64,000 nucleotides of DNA from Penicillus capitatus (GCA_965649825.1 OZ287695.1:496001-560000); one strand, 5' to 3'. Shown: positions 35,246 through 48,529, counted from the stretch's first letter. A program made the numbers and translations. Notes: a model not told the origin generated them from the sequence alone.

Positions 35246-37229
35246 TTAGAAATCGCCAAGATTCCAGATATCGTGCGGGTCCATCTTTGACCAGGTCGAT
35301 CGATCTTGCTCGAGCTCCGCTGGCGTCAGGAGGCATTCTTCGAGGGCGGATCGAATAGCAGGGAGATGCGCCGCTTCGCCGATGACGACGATCTGCTGCT
35401 TGCGATCGCCAAAGACGGAATGCCAAGATGCGTCCGTTTCTGCCCAGAGCTCTTCTGGAAGCATCGACGAGCGCCATGTTTCGATCATATCGAATTGAAC
35501 GGAGCGTCCGGCAGTGGACCAGTTGAGCTTGGCATCGAAGTACGTGGCTAAGTAGAAAAAACCTTTAGATCGGTATGCTTTGAGCATAAGGGAGTCTTCT
35601 GCCATCGTCAATTTCTCATCGTCCCCGTCCTCTTCTTTCTCATCTTCCTCCATCGCTTCTCCATCCTCCTCGTCGTCCTCGTCTCCGTCCTCTTCCTCAT
35701 CTTCCTCCATCGCTTCTCCATCCTCCTCGTCGTCCTTGTCGTCTTCAATGTCGCCAAAAAAGAGTCGGTGGAGACGACCGGGATGAAAAGGCAGATGAGA
35801 GGTGAAGACAAAGCTGCCGATGCCGAACTCTTCGGTTTCAGGGGTATGAGGCGAGATGAGCTCCGTGGCAAAGCCTTGGAATTCCTCTGCCTTCTTTGGG
35901 TCAAACCGTCCGGTATGCATGACTTCGTTCAGGTCGATCTGGGCCCGAATGGAGGACAGCTGTTTCGCCGTTGGATTGAGATGCTTGAGCAGACCCTGGA
36001 TCTTCTGAACCTCAGGCTTCGAGATGAGGTCACACTTATTGACGATCAGCGTGTCGGCGAATTCCACTTGCTCGATCAGGAGGTCCGTGATGCTACGGAT
36101 GTCGCCATCGTACGCAGACATATTGCGATCCTTCAACAGCTGGTTCTTCTTGATCTCTTGCATAAAGAGACTCCCATCGATCAGCGTCACCTACAGTGCA
36201 CGTGCTGGTGGGGCAGAGGTGTTGTGGATGGACCATGTTGTCGATTTTGAAGAATTTTTTCAGGGAACGCCCTTCGGCGTCTTGAGCAGCAAAGCTCGCT
36301 GCGACAGGCATCGGCTCACTGATGCCCGTCGCTTCGATCAGGATCATGTCAAAGCGTTTTGCACAGAGCATCTTGGTCGCGGCCTAGTCACACTTTCTCG
36401 CACATTGTGATCCGCGTGTCAAGTCGCAGACTTTGATGAGATCTCCGCGTAAAGTACAGCACACGCAGCCGTTGGTGAGTTCTACCAGCTCCTCCTCTAC
36501 TTCGGAAAAAGAGTGACGTTGCTGCACGAGATGGACATCGATGTTGATTTCGGCCATGTCATTGACGAGCACGGCCATGCGCTGGCCATCGGTGGCCTCA
36601 GAGAGCAAACGGGTCAGCAATGTCGTTTTCCCTGCGCCGAGGAATCCGGAGAGCACGACGACCTCGATGGGCTTCTCAACACCTGTCACATCAAACTCAT
36701 ACACACAGATCCTTTGATGACGTGACCTGCAGCGCGGATCTCCTCGAGAGCATCGCGAATCAGTGTCGGATCCTCGTCATCAGGCGCCGCGCGCATATCG
36801 GCGATGCGAGATGTCATATCATCCCAAGTGGGATTCTTAGCGTCGACGGCGCGTCCTTGAGAGATGATCTTCTCTGCCTCGTCGAAGAGATTTTGCTGCA
36901 TGAGTACCAGAGCTTGACGCTGATAGCCGCCACCCCATTCGGGTCGCGTCTCCACGACGCGCTTCGCGTCGACCAGCGCATAATCGTGCTTGCTTTGCAT
37001 ATCGTACGCCATCGACCGGTCGCACAAAATTCGCGCCACCTGTTCCGCCTCAACGCCAAGCGTCGTCGCCCGATCCAGCGCAGCCGAATACATCTCCACC
37101 GCCTCGTCCCATCGCTCTATTCCGCACAGCGCGTCACGCATCGGCTGAAAGGCGGCGCGAGGGTGAACCTTTGACGAAGAGAATGTCGCCTTTCTTCTTC
37201 AGCGTCTCCAGAGAGTCGGCGGCGCTCAT
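35246..37229 (-). CDS. TPR-COG0523 GTPase metallochaperone, copy 2
   Basis: Same exon structure and motifs as copy 1, all frames open. The acidic insert is rearranged (39-bp unit repeated 57 bp apart at about 35640-35735). Confidence 0.92.
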
Positions 37230-37295
37230 GTTCCAGAAGGCCAAAGAAATGCGCAGCGCAATGGATCATTATGAAGCGACGTGGCCCACAAGACG

Positions 37296-38880
37296 ATGTT
37301 CGTCCTGCGTCGAACAGCAGGACGCTATGTTGCCCCATTCACCTCGCTTGTCTCCAGTCCTCTCTCGACCCCTAACGCCACTGCGCTCTGGCAAACGGTT
37401 GGGGGGAAACTCGGCGGCGGCGCCGCCGAAGACAGGCGGCACTTGTCTGAGATGACACGCGAGGCGGTGCTCGGGTGGAGTCCCGTCGAGACCGTCGCCG
37501 TTACACTGGACCGTCTGCATCATGCGACGCAGCTGCCGTGGTGGGCGATGCTTTCGCTCACGGCTATCAGTCTGAGAGCCACGATGTTTCCCTTCACCAT
37601 CAAACAGGCGAGAGATGTGCGTCTCTTCTGTGCTCTGTATCCGATCTCCGCCGTGGACGCAGATCCAGTCGACGGGACCCACGATGAGCTGCATCTCTCA
37701 GGCGGTCAGAATTGTCCGCGCCCAGAAAAAGAGTGAGAAGAATGAGAAATGGTCCTTGGTGGATGCAAAGAATGTGCTCGGTAAATTTCGAAAGCTGGCA
37801 AAGTACTCCGATGCACCCCATCCGGCTTGGGTGATCTGTGCCCCTCTCATCCAAGTACGGACCATCTGTGTTCACCTGTCACCTCACAGGCAGATTCTGT
37901 CACTCTAGATTCCTGCCTTTCTCACATGTGTGATCAGCATCCGGCGAATGTGCCAACAGCAATGGCCTGGATTTACTGAAGGCGGAATTCTGTGGTTCAG
38001 CGATCTCACGCAATCGACGGCCCACTTTGCCGAAATGACAGCACAGATAGGACCCATTGGCGCTACCTTGCCCATCGCGATCACCGTCTCTTACCTGCTC
38101 CACATCCAACTGTCTTTTCGCAAGGGTCACATCGCCGCCAGTGCGACACAACCCTCAAGTCTCTTCCCATATCCTCCTGTCTGACGTCCATCCATTCTTG
38201 CAGACACAGGTCAGGCGCTGTCTCGGTTGTTGAAGGTGGCGCTGGAATGGCTCTGCGTTCCTATTCTCGTCGTTACCCTTCAGTTACCTCAAGGTGCGTT
38301 AGTCTACTGGCTCACAAGTTCGCTCTGCTCTGTGAGTCAAAGCGTCCTGTTGGGTAACAGCGCCATTCGTCAATCGCTGCGTCTGCCGAAGCTCCAGGAG
38401 ACAAGTCATCACGACATCCTGTCTCGATTCACGCCCCAAGTGATGGATCTCTTTATTCGCGCCGCCGAACAGCGCGCCAAAGGAAGCTACGAAGAAGCTA
38501 TCGCGACACTGCGACACATCGTCCAAGTGGATCCCCACAATCCCCGTGCGCACTACGCCTTGGGGCAGCTCTTCGGCGAACAGCAGAGATGGGAAGACGC
38601 CGCATCGAGCTATCGATCGAGTCTGACCTACGAACCCGATCCCCAGCTGCGCTCCAGAGGTTTTCTGGGCCTCGGCGTGGCAGAGTTCATGAAAAGCGAT
38701 TTCGACGCCTCCGAGCGAAGCTTGACGTCTTCCCTGAAGCTCGATCGCTCGAACGTCGCCGGATGGATGGCGCTGTGCAGTCTCTATAAGAGGATGGGCG
38801 ACAGCGACCGCGCCGCCGCCGCCCTGCAACACGCCATCGACCTCGATCCGAAGTGTAAACAATGGGAAAAGCATCTCTAG
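37296..38880 (+). CDS. Mitochondrial Oxa1/COX18-family insertase with C-terminal TPR (plant OXA2-like)
   Basis: Presequence MFVLRRTAGR; LHHATQLPWWAMLSLTAISLRATMFP; GGILWFSDLT; GALVYWLTSS; C-terminal TPRs; stop TAG 38880. Confidence 0.88.
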
Positions 38881-38909
38881 TCTTCCCTTCCTTCCATTAC
38901 AGCACGGCA

Positions 38910-40566
38910 CTAAGTATCCAAGTAATCTGGCAGATTGAGTTTGAGTCCTTCGGCCAGCTTCGTCGCAAATTCACGGTCCACAGAGCACACGTACTTGGCG
39001 TTTCTCAATGGATCACCCGTCACCTGGAAAGCAGCCCCTTAACGGCGAAGAAGCGACGCCGTTGTACGCGTTTGATGAAGGAGAAAGCCTCAAGGGTGGC
39101 AAATTGCGAGGCGTATTGGGTGGAATGCATCGCCGTGAGATCTTCGGCCGCATCCACGTCTTGCATCAGGCGTTGTGCGATCATGAAATGCCGTTCGTAA
39201 TCAAAAGCCAAAGGCGTCCCTCTTTTCTTTTCGTGATTGGAGACGGGCGTCAGCTACGACAGCACACAAGGTGAGTGGACGCGATCGGATCGATGTCCCC
39301 AAGGGCGCGACCTTTCTCCGCTTGCTGTTCTGTGCCGGATCGAAAAGGATTCGATCCTGTTCCGGTCGATTGTGTGAACAGATATACCCAGCGATCAACG
39401 AAATCTTACTGTACACGGGCAGTCCTGTCGAATGCAGTCCTGTAAAGGGAGGGGGTCAGTCGATGGTAGACACGGCAGGGTGGGGTAGCGGCTAACCTGC
39501 ATCGGCGGTATGGTGATGATTGTTTTTCTTCTTTTCTTCGATGTCGTTCAAAACGTGATCGATATCCGAAACGTGCCCTTGGTTCAAACACTTGAGGACG
39601 GCGGCGACGTGCGGCATGACGTGACGATTGAGCTCCTGGACATTGAGAGGCTCTTCCCCCTGCAGATTCACGAAATCGACCAAGAAGGCAAACGCCACGA
39701 CGCTACGGCGCTTTGCGGTGCGGGTGCCCAGAATTTGGTGAAGAGGTACTGGAGGCAGGACTGCAAGGTCGATGGATCGGTGGTGCATCGCATCATGGTC
39801 GGTATCACACCTAAACCATCTCTTCTCTCTTATGAGACTCTCTCACTCTTTATTGGCTCACTTTTTATGAAATCTTGTGAGATGTTGTCGTGTGCATTGA
39901 ACGGCAGGAATCGCTTTTCCATCACGGAGATCATTTCTTCGATGGAGTAGCCCTCGAGCGTCACCGATAGCGGTGTTCGTGAGGCGGCGGCGGCGGCGTC
40001 TTTGGGAAGCCAGTCCTTTGCAGACGGTGCAAGGAAAATGACAGAGAGGTGGATCTCCGGATCCTCTTCCACCTTCATCAACAACGGCAGCAGGGCAGGA
40101 GACGACAAGCATTCTGGATTCTCTAGCACGAGATGATGCAGGGGGCCGTTCTTGGGACAAAGCTCTGCGAATGTGAGCATCAGCGTTGTCATTCCGTCGG
40201 GGTTCGACCTGGAAGGCACTGGACGAAACGCACGGCGGTGAGGCGTCGACGCGACGGGGCCTCCGTCACGGAAGGCGACGCGAGTCGCTTGATAATCGTC
40301 GAGAGAACATTCTCGAGGCAATCCGTCAAACAACACGTGATCCATACATAAGGCCTCTCGAGCTCCTCAAGCACGGCCCTACTGAGTCACCCATCCATCG
40401 CGTCTTTACCAGCGACCTATCGCTCTCACTTAACGATGGACGCCTTTCCGCCGTGATGCCGACCCCACACGACGAGATTCGGAACGCATGGACCGTCGTT
40501 CGAGAGCAGAGCTTTGAAGCGATGGACGTGCGCGACGCGCTCGGGAAAACGCTCGAGGATCGACAT
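38910..40566 (-). CDS. ORC5: Origin recognition complex subunit 5
   Basis: VVWGRHHGGKASIV (Walker A-like), TLEGYSIEEM, SKISLIAGYICSHN, and C-terminus AKYVCSVDREFATKLAEGLKLNLPDYL. Confidence 0.8.
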
Positions 40567-40693
40567 GGCGTTTTAATAAGGCGTAGAGCAAAGACAATTC
40601 GTCGTAAGTTCGAACAGTAATAAGCAAACAAACGTCCCATCAATGCACAAGAAGATGTCCGGTGAACGCACGACGGATAGGACGACGGGCTTC

Positions 40694-41493
40694 TCAGCCG
40701 GCAGGGGTGAGGACTTGGTCAATCACATGCACAACGGCACCGCATGATGCCGCGACATCTGGCACGGTAACTTGTGCCTCGACGCCTGAAGGCGCCACGA
40801 TGAAGACGTCGCCATCGCGGATGGATACCGTCAGGGATGCACCCTCAGCAGCTGTCTCAATTTCTTGCCCGTCTTCTAGATCCGCAGCCATGGCGACGAC
40901 GCCAGGAATCACATGGATCAAAAGCACCTGCGATGGGTATTCGATCAAGGGAGGTGGATACATGAGTGCGGCGCACGGACTTGTGTGAGGAGGTCTGTGT
41001 CGGCGAGGAGCTCGTCTGCGGTGAGTTCGAGGTCTTCTAGGAGACTGGCGAAGGCGTCTTCTGTCGGAGCGAAGACAGTGCCTTCAAAATCCGGCCCCAG
41101 TGTATCGACCAACGAAGCCGCGGTGACGGCGGCAATGAGCGTCGTCAGTTCTGCATTGACGGCGACGTCGACGACGGACGTGCACGTGTCGAAGTCTGGG
41201 AATTCGTCCATGTCTGCAAGGATGAGGCATTCGGTGGCGGAATCCTCTGTCTCGGGCCCCTCGGCTTCGACTTCGGATTCGGGTCCTTCGGCGCCTTGGT
41301 TCTGCAACTGTCGCGTCGCGAACTGCGTTTTCCATGGCGCTGACCCGTGGGCCGCTTCTGCTCGGTGGATTGAGCGGTCGTGTGCTGCACAGCCTGCGGC
41401 AGCATGGGATGCTGTAGGTCGACCTTCGGATGGAGAGAATCTACCTGCAAAGGAGAGAGCGAGCAGAGCGAAGAGGTAGACGAAGAGACGCAT
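40694..41493 (-). CDS. Secreted fasciclin (FAS1) protein 1
   Basis: Signal peptide; TVFAPTEDAF (H1) and VVHVIDQVL (H2); two introns. Confidence 0.9.
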
Positions 41494-41931
41494 GTTGTGA
41501 ATAGGAGAAGGCAAATGCAAACAAGTGGCGATGCGACGAAGCGCGCAGAATAAGAGGTGGAAGCGGCAAGAGGATCACGGCGAACTTCGCGGTGCGTTCT
41601 GAGGTTAGGTAACCATGATGTGACAAGACATCTCAAATAACGTGAACGCATGCCGTCGCTATCAGAGTCGCTGTCATCGGATACGAAATAATCGAGATGG
41701 GGACGCGCGTGCAGATCGATGGATCGATCGAAAAACATCGCGTCTCGATTGCGCACGTATGACACGTGTCATCGTAAGAGAGATCGTGACTCAGTCGAAG
41801 CATGGACGTCGAGCTCGACGTCAATTTTGCTCGAGAATTCAGCGACGTGTAAAAGCGTCTGTCTCCACACCTTTCAGCAACATCGAATAAAGAATCGATC
41901 ATAACGGCAAATGCGCCGCCGGAAAGGAAGG

Positions 41932-42706
41932 TTAGGATCCAGCCGGTGTGAGGACCGCGTCAATCACATGCACGATGGCGTCGCACGCTTCAATGTCTGC
42001 GGTGATGACCTGTGCCCTGATGCCTGACGGTGCTACGATGAAGATGGCGTCATCTTCGATGGATACCGTCAGCGAAACGCCCTCGGCGGCGGTCGGGATC
42101 ATCTGACCGTCTTGCAAATCTTCCGCCCTGGCAACGACACCAGGCACCACATGAATCAAGAGCACCTGCTCATGCGGTCTCACTCGGCGAAGGAACAGAG
42201 AGAGCAGCTTACTTGTGTGAGTAGGTCTGTATTCGCTAGGAGCGCATTCGCCGTGAGGTTGAGATCGCTCAGTAGCGTTGTAAAGGCTTCTTCGGTTGGG
42301 GCAAAAACCGTACCGACGAAATCTGGCCCCAATGTCTGCGCCAATTCGGCGGCGTTGACGGCGGCGACGAGTGTGTTGAGTCCTGCTGCTTCTGCCGTGT
42401 CGATGACGGATGTACAAGGGTCTTCGTTTTCGAGGTCTTCGGATGGGAACGTATCCGCCTCCATCGGCAGACACGGCTGCGCCATTTCTCCCCCCATTGC
42501 GACGTCCATTTCCGCATGGACGGTGGCTGGCGCCACAATGAGATATCTTCTCGGTATGAGAACGAAGACGCCGCTGCGATGAGAATGTCTCCGGTGTGCT
42601 TCACACACTGCAACGCTCGAAGTTAGCGTCGAATGCTGCCACGATAGGTGAGCTTACCCGTAGAGAACAGCGCCACTAGGGCGAACAAACATACAAAGAA
42701 ACGCAT
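41932..42706 (-). CDS. Secreted fasciclin (FAS1) protein 2, tandem paralog
   Basis: Signal MRFFVCLFALVALFST; TVFAPTEEAF; IVHVIDAVLTPAGS; same intron position before VLLIHV. Confidence 0.88.
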
Positions 42707-44864
42707 GATGCAACAAGCAGCAGAGGGGAAAGAAAGAATGGACGCGGGTGGATGGGTTGCAGGTATATGAGGTACTCCGGTGTGGGATCCGGGTGAAGTT
42801 CTTCATGTAGATCGTGTTAGGTAAACCCTTCCAGCGGATGACGTAATAGAGAAGCGCAGGAATTTCGCCAACGCAGTTGAGGAAACTTCGTCAAGGCGTG
42901 AAACCGAACCATCGCCCCTGCGTACAGCCGCAATATCATGGACGCAGGAAACAGGACGCGCGTGATTGGACGACGTGCGAAACAGTTTACCCGTATCTCA
43001 CACTGAACAATGCGTTTGGTGTGTGGACGTACCATGTTCGCTTGCTCGACTGAGGCTGGCCGTTAACGGTTCAGGAGATGCTTAACGGTAAACGGTAGTA
43101 GGAGATGTCTCTGTATCTGGCATAGCATCCATGCTGCTTGCTGTATATACCCGAACACAAGATGGGCACTCTCTTGTTCGACGATGACCGCGTGTTCGGT
43201 CACTCGGAATTGAGATAACGCGTTAGGTAGAGTGGAAGAGATCACTAAGACGTCTGTCCTGTTTGACCTCCCAATGGCTAGAAGATGCGAAATCTATTTG
43301 TCGGCGAGTAAGGATTATGATTATGCATTCAGCTGGATGGGCATATCGGCCGCTGGCTTCAGCATTAGGATGTCGTACAGTCTCCTTTCATTGTGCAGTA
43401 CTGTTGCGTGAATGCTGCGTTTGTACATCGAAGTGCGGCGCTTTCCTGTTGAGCGTCTTTTTTCGTCGTGCAGAAGAAGCACAGCGGCGTTTAGGTGGCA
43501 CATGGTATGCATCCACGTCCTGCAGTTCGGGCAACAGGTGCGTATTGTTTCTGTTGAGATGATGTGACGTTCGGATGTGACGGACGTCTTGTTCAGCCGG
43601 CGTCGGGAACGCGTCGACGAAGAGCGCAGTTGTGAGGCACCGAGAGAGAAGACAGCGACGACGTATACTTCGAAACTATACAACGCCACGATGAAAACAT
43701 CTCCCCACCTACCGTCACCGTTACAGAAACTCTATGTGTACGCGCCGCCATTTCTTGACCGTCTACACATTTAAAATGCGCACGACGACGTCGGGAACAA
43801 TGCTCTTGAGCATGAGCTAGAAAAAGAAACCCAGAGGCGGCTGAATGCGCGAGACAACGCTCTTGTGTGAGGAGACATCTATCTATGTTGGCCAAGAGCT
43901 CGTTCAAAGAGATACTAACTCACGCGGCATATAGACAAATGCTTCTTCGTATGCGGCAATGCAGTCGATGACGGGATAGACATCGGACAGGAAAGGGTCG
44001 AGCAATACTTATTACGAACAGCGAATGGACGCCGTGTGCGTTTAGGGTATGTCGAGAAAACGGTAGGCCATGGTGACGCGAAAGAGACTTCTGTTCGCGT
44101 CGAAGGGTCAAAGAACGGATACCGTCTGCGTTGGATATTCGTCCAAGCAGCGTCTTCTCTACCTTTCGAATTGCGAATACCGGCTTCTCACGTACGGTCG
44201 TTGAGGGCGTAAGATGTCGTAAAAGGGATACGGCGACGTCACGCCACGATGTCTGCGGTGCCGACCGACCCCGAAGGATCGATCTCCGCTCTCGATTATA
44301 CGTTCTTCGGGGAATGTTTTAAGCCGCCGCCATATCACGTCCATCTCGAACGCTGTCGATGATGTTGCGCGGGCATCTTTCAGAAAGGCGGCTCGAGAGA
44401 GTTATGTTCGATACCTTCTTTGAGGATCCAGTCTTTCGCAGATGGCGCGAGGCGAAATGCAGAGAGATGTGTCTCCACATCTTCCTCCTTCATCAACAAC
44501 TTCAGCACCGCAGCAGACGACAAGCATTCCGGATGATCTGGCACGAGATGATGCTAGAGCCGCCACGAAGGACAAGCACACTAACCGTCAGCAAAAATCA
44601 GCACACGGCCCTCAGACGAACACAGCCGCCGATAAGGTACAGAACGCGATACGCGAATTCAAGGCCCCACTCAAAACAAAGAGTTAATAACAGTTGACTG
44701 CACAGTCTAAGGAGAAGAATCTGTATTGTCGACGAAGACGATGGGACGTGCGTGAGTTTACGAGCCGACAGATGAACTGCATTCGAGTAGATGCTCCAAG
44801 GGCAGATTGACAGCAAGCGTCCATAGAATACAAAAGAAAAGACGTTTCTGTTTCGCAAGACAGA

Positions 44865-44960
44865 TCTTGTGCAGCACCAGGGGTGGGGACTTCGTCAATC
44901 ACATGTACAACGGCATCGGTGAATGACAATCGTGCCATCGCTCCCGAAGACGCCGCAACG
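44865..44960 (-). pseudogene. Remnant of a third FAS1 copy
   Basis: DAVVHVIDEVPTPGAA resembles GAVVHVIDQVLTPAG; no intact upstream domain was found. Confidence 0.35.
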
Positions 44961-45371
44961 GATAACCTATACTTATACTCCGTGATAGACATCTTTAGGA
45001 ATACGCATCCTACAGACGTCTCTGTTTCTGCGCGTTAGATCAGAAGAAAGAACGACGACACGCGAGATCACGCGATCCAGAGCAGCATCTAAGGTATCTG
45101 TCACCCATCGTAAGGGGGAAGAAGGGCAGACCTATGTTGAGCGATGCACCGGCGTCAGCAGTGGCGGCGGCGGCGAACGCAAGCGACACACAATGATGGA
45201 GGTCTGTATGTGAACAGAGCGCAGAGTGCGGTCGATGTTTGCTGTCAACCAGCAAGTGACGATGGTGTGGGCGATGCTCTATCGAAGGGCAGACGTCGTT
45301 GACAGATGTGATGGAACCGTGACGTGACAGCACACGTTACATCATCGCCATCTCAAGCGACGAAGCTCCTC

Positions 45372-46025
45372 TCAAGCAATGCCTTTTGACAATGCCTCCA
45401 TCTTCGCTTCAAAGATATGCGATTTCAGTGGCTGGGAAAGACAACACTCGCCTCTCCAGCATCGGCAAAGATGAGCCTTACCGTGCCGAATGTGTAGAAA
45501 GGGTTGGAGACGGCATTGACATAGGCACTGTAGAATTGCTGAAAGATCTACACGTCACATCATGACCCTTCGATCACGGCGATCAGCTTCTTACCAGTTT
45601 CACATCGTCTTCTTTCAGAACGGGATCATCGAAGACCAAAACGAATTTGGTGTTCGTGCTGCTGATGAACCTGCGATTCCATAACCGTCACTCTTTTGGG
45701 CTCACAAAGAGTGACCGACCCATAGACTCTGAAATCTTCTGTTGGGTACAGGAGGCCCAGATAGGATTCCAGTGACTCGTTTGGTTTCTTCGGCATGGTC
45801 AGGACTGAGAAAAGAGTGAGAGAGTGAGCAGGTAATAGGTCACACTTTTCTCTTCGACAGCATCCAAGGCGCAATGAACGATGTAGTTGAACTTGATGGT
45901 CGCATCGATGTTGTCTTCCGCATAGCAGCGGATATAGAGTGGTCGGTTCTGAAAAGCACACCATCGCTTGTGCCCTTTTCGCCGTATCTTACCGTTTGGC
46001 CCACCACAGCGGCACAGACAATCAT
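45372..46025 (-). CDS. TRAPPC2L: TRAPP complex subunit 2-like (sedlin family), 5 exons
   Basis: MIVCAAVVGQT|NRPLYIR..KFNYIVHCALDAVEEK..YLGLLYPTEDFRVYG|FISSTNTKFVLV..AYVNAVSNPFY. Confidence 0.92.
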
Positions 46026-46153
46026 CCCGTGAAGCGCGGAGAAATGCAACGGGACGTGTTGATGTGACGGACGCTGCTCTGCTTGAGATTGACTAGTCCA
46101 CGACCTCACGCCGCCGCGATCGCTCTCTTCCCTCAGGACAGTCGCATTGCTCC

Positions 46154-47100
46154 GCCGCACAGATGACGACGCAGAGGATGCGTGTGGCAAAGAGCGAAAG
46201 CGAGAATGCCGGTAGAGATTTGACGCGGGGTGGAATGCGCCGGCGCCAGCATCGCTCTGCGTTGAAGGGCACGCGTACTGTGCAGGCAACGGTGTGCTGC
46301 ACCATTGGATCCGACGGTTTCGCGAAACGCCACGGACGACGTGGCCAGATCGAGAGAACGTGTCGCTCTTCGGACCAGCAGACGTGGAGCTCTTCAAAAC
46401 GCACCTCTCTATGCGGTGCCCCATAACCAAAACCTGGACGCCGATGCGCACGGTACCCCTGTTCTGAACACGCATCCTGCCCGACACCCTTGACCAGAAC
46501 CCGACGAACGACGTGCTGAAATCCCTCGACGTGTTGAATCTTCAGTCCGATGTCACGCTGAATCACTGCGAGCTCTTCTTGCGTAAGAGTGCCGCATACG
46601 ATCGGTTGCTTCTGCGTCTGCTGAACAAATATCCGCTGCCATCGATACGACAGAAGGTGCTGCTCATGTACAGAGGGGATGCGATGGGATGATGCATCTC
46701 CAGGTCGAGAGGATCACGAACGCGTCGCCGGCGACGGAGAATGTCACCAATCGCATCAAACGACTGTACGAGGAAGAAAGGGACGCGATGTCGGGACGGT
46801 GGTCAGATGCCTTCGGTATTCCGTTGGATCTCGACGAGAGCGGTAACGCTGCGCCACTCCTTTGCGTGAAAAATCACCATTCGGTCACACTTCCTGCGGT
46901 CACTCTTTCGGAAAAGCATCACACTGCTGCTCACGTGTCTGCCCCTGCGCTATGTACTGCAGCGATCGATGGGTTTGCGCCGAGTGTGGTATGCAAAACG
47001 CGACAGGCGAATGTGTGTTTAGAGAATCGTGTTTGGACAAGATTGTCTCAGATCTCATAGAAGGCACCGTCTACAAGGCATTCTCGTCCAAAAGGCGTCA
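46154..47100 (+). CDS. Hypothetical multi-exon gene
   Basis: Plausible spliced frame VLHHWIRRFRETP..HLSMRCPITKTW..NPTNDVLKSLDVLNL with GT-AG gaps; no family recognised and ends uncertain. Confidence 0.3.
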
Positions 47101-47160
47101 ATGCTCACATCGACAGCGCTCCCGCGTGCGAGACACGCTCAGCTGACAGCCACGTGCGTT

Positions 47161-48529
47161 TTAGGGATCGTCATCGGAACCGTCGGACGAATGGAAGTCT
47201 TTGTTCTGTACAAAACTGGCGGCTTGGTTCTCGTAGAACTCCTTCAGCTCTCGAACGCCGACGCCGTATTTTTTGGCCGCCTGCTTTAGACTAACGCCCT
47301 TCATGTAATGTTCGATCGATGCTTCTTTCAGACAGTCATAGCGCGTCTTCGGTTGAGACGACACGGCGTCGTTTTCCGCCTCTCCTTGGTGCGCTTCGGA
47401 ACTCATGATATGGACAAATGCGCGATGTACGTCACATGCGTCGATGAACGGACACGAGCAATCGTCAAACGTCACATCATCATGCAAATGGAACCACTCA
47501 ACAGACGACATCCCTTCGGAATCACCCCATCCCTTTCTCACCGCCACAGCGAAAAAAAAACGCCACCGTCATCATCGCAGCAGTAAACAACTGAGGATTG
47601 ATAACGGAAACGTCACATCGGAGGCATGGGATGGGAACCTCGGCGACATCCGTTTCGATGTACTCATGACTGGCGCTTTGCTCTTATACCATGGAGGATT
47701 GGATATCGTTCTTCCTCGGGCACCACTCGCTGTCGTTTTGCTCGGTCGTTTGTTTCCGTCACCTCTTCGACGGTTAATGATCGAGAGGGTGCTTGTGGAG
47801 GTAGCGATGCGTCGTCTTCTTCGTCTCCCTCTGAGTCTGTTCCGAGAGACGGTCCTCGACGTCGCACTGTATCTGGGAACTGTCCCGTGATACCTTCCGG
47901 CAGGCCGATATCGACCAAATCTCGTTCGCACATGTCCCCAGCGATATCCCCCTCATCTACTGACCATTCATCCAAGCACGGTAACATGGCGCCGCCCTCT
48001 TCCGTCTCCACATCACCGAGGCTGCGAGATCTGAGATGCTCCGAGAGCGTCGTGCTGGACGGAAGCGTCGCTCCTTCACCGAGTTGCTGAATCAGATGTT
48101 CCAAAACGTGCTCCTCCAACTGCATTCATACGAAACGTCACATCAGCGCGTTTGGATGAGACGCGACCTTGAGTCGACGTTTCTGATGACGGACCACTGT
48201 CTGAACCTTCTCCAAAAGATCTCGCTCCAACTTCAATGCATCGAGAATGGCCTGAGTCAAACGTCAACGCACTCGAGGTGCCATCCAAGCGAAGAATGCG
48301 TACTTTTGGGTCCTGGCAAAAAACACTGCGTGGTCCAAAGCGCATGTCAGTTGGGGGATTTGAGTAAGATATTGTATGGTCCTTATCCACGGCCTTCCTT
48401 CGTGGCCTTCACGTTCGCGCTGTCACATCACACGAATGGCCACTGTCAGACGTAATAATAACATTCCTTTACGACCTTCCGCATTTGTGGTCGTTCCGTT
48501 TCTCCGTCTTCCCGATTCCTCGTTCCCAT
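47161..48529 (-). CDS. Hypothetical nuclear protein: N-terminal coiled coil (SNAPc19-like) and C-terminal HTH-like segment
   Basis: Spliced AILDALKLERDLLEKVQTVVRHQKRRLK|LEEHVLEHLIQQL; last exon SIEHYMKGVSLKQAAKKYGVGVRELKEFY. Start uncertain. Confidence 0.45.

Larger units (their letters stand above)
16149..39769. repeat. Direct tandem duplication of a 4.6 kb unit (copy 1 16149-35160, expanded by insertions; copy 2 35161-39769)
   Basis: The junction at 35160/35161 joins ORC5 sequence (...ggactgcaaggt, = 39769) to ttgctgttaac (= 16149). The copies are about 95% identical in sampled windows. Confidence 0.95.

Noticed and set aside
37296-38880. Oxa1-TPR fusion as a novelty
   Set aside because: Already known from plant OXA2a/b.
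43000-44700. Possible plus-strand multi-exon gene
   Set aside because: Only short protein-like stretches; no defensible model.
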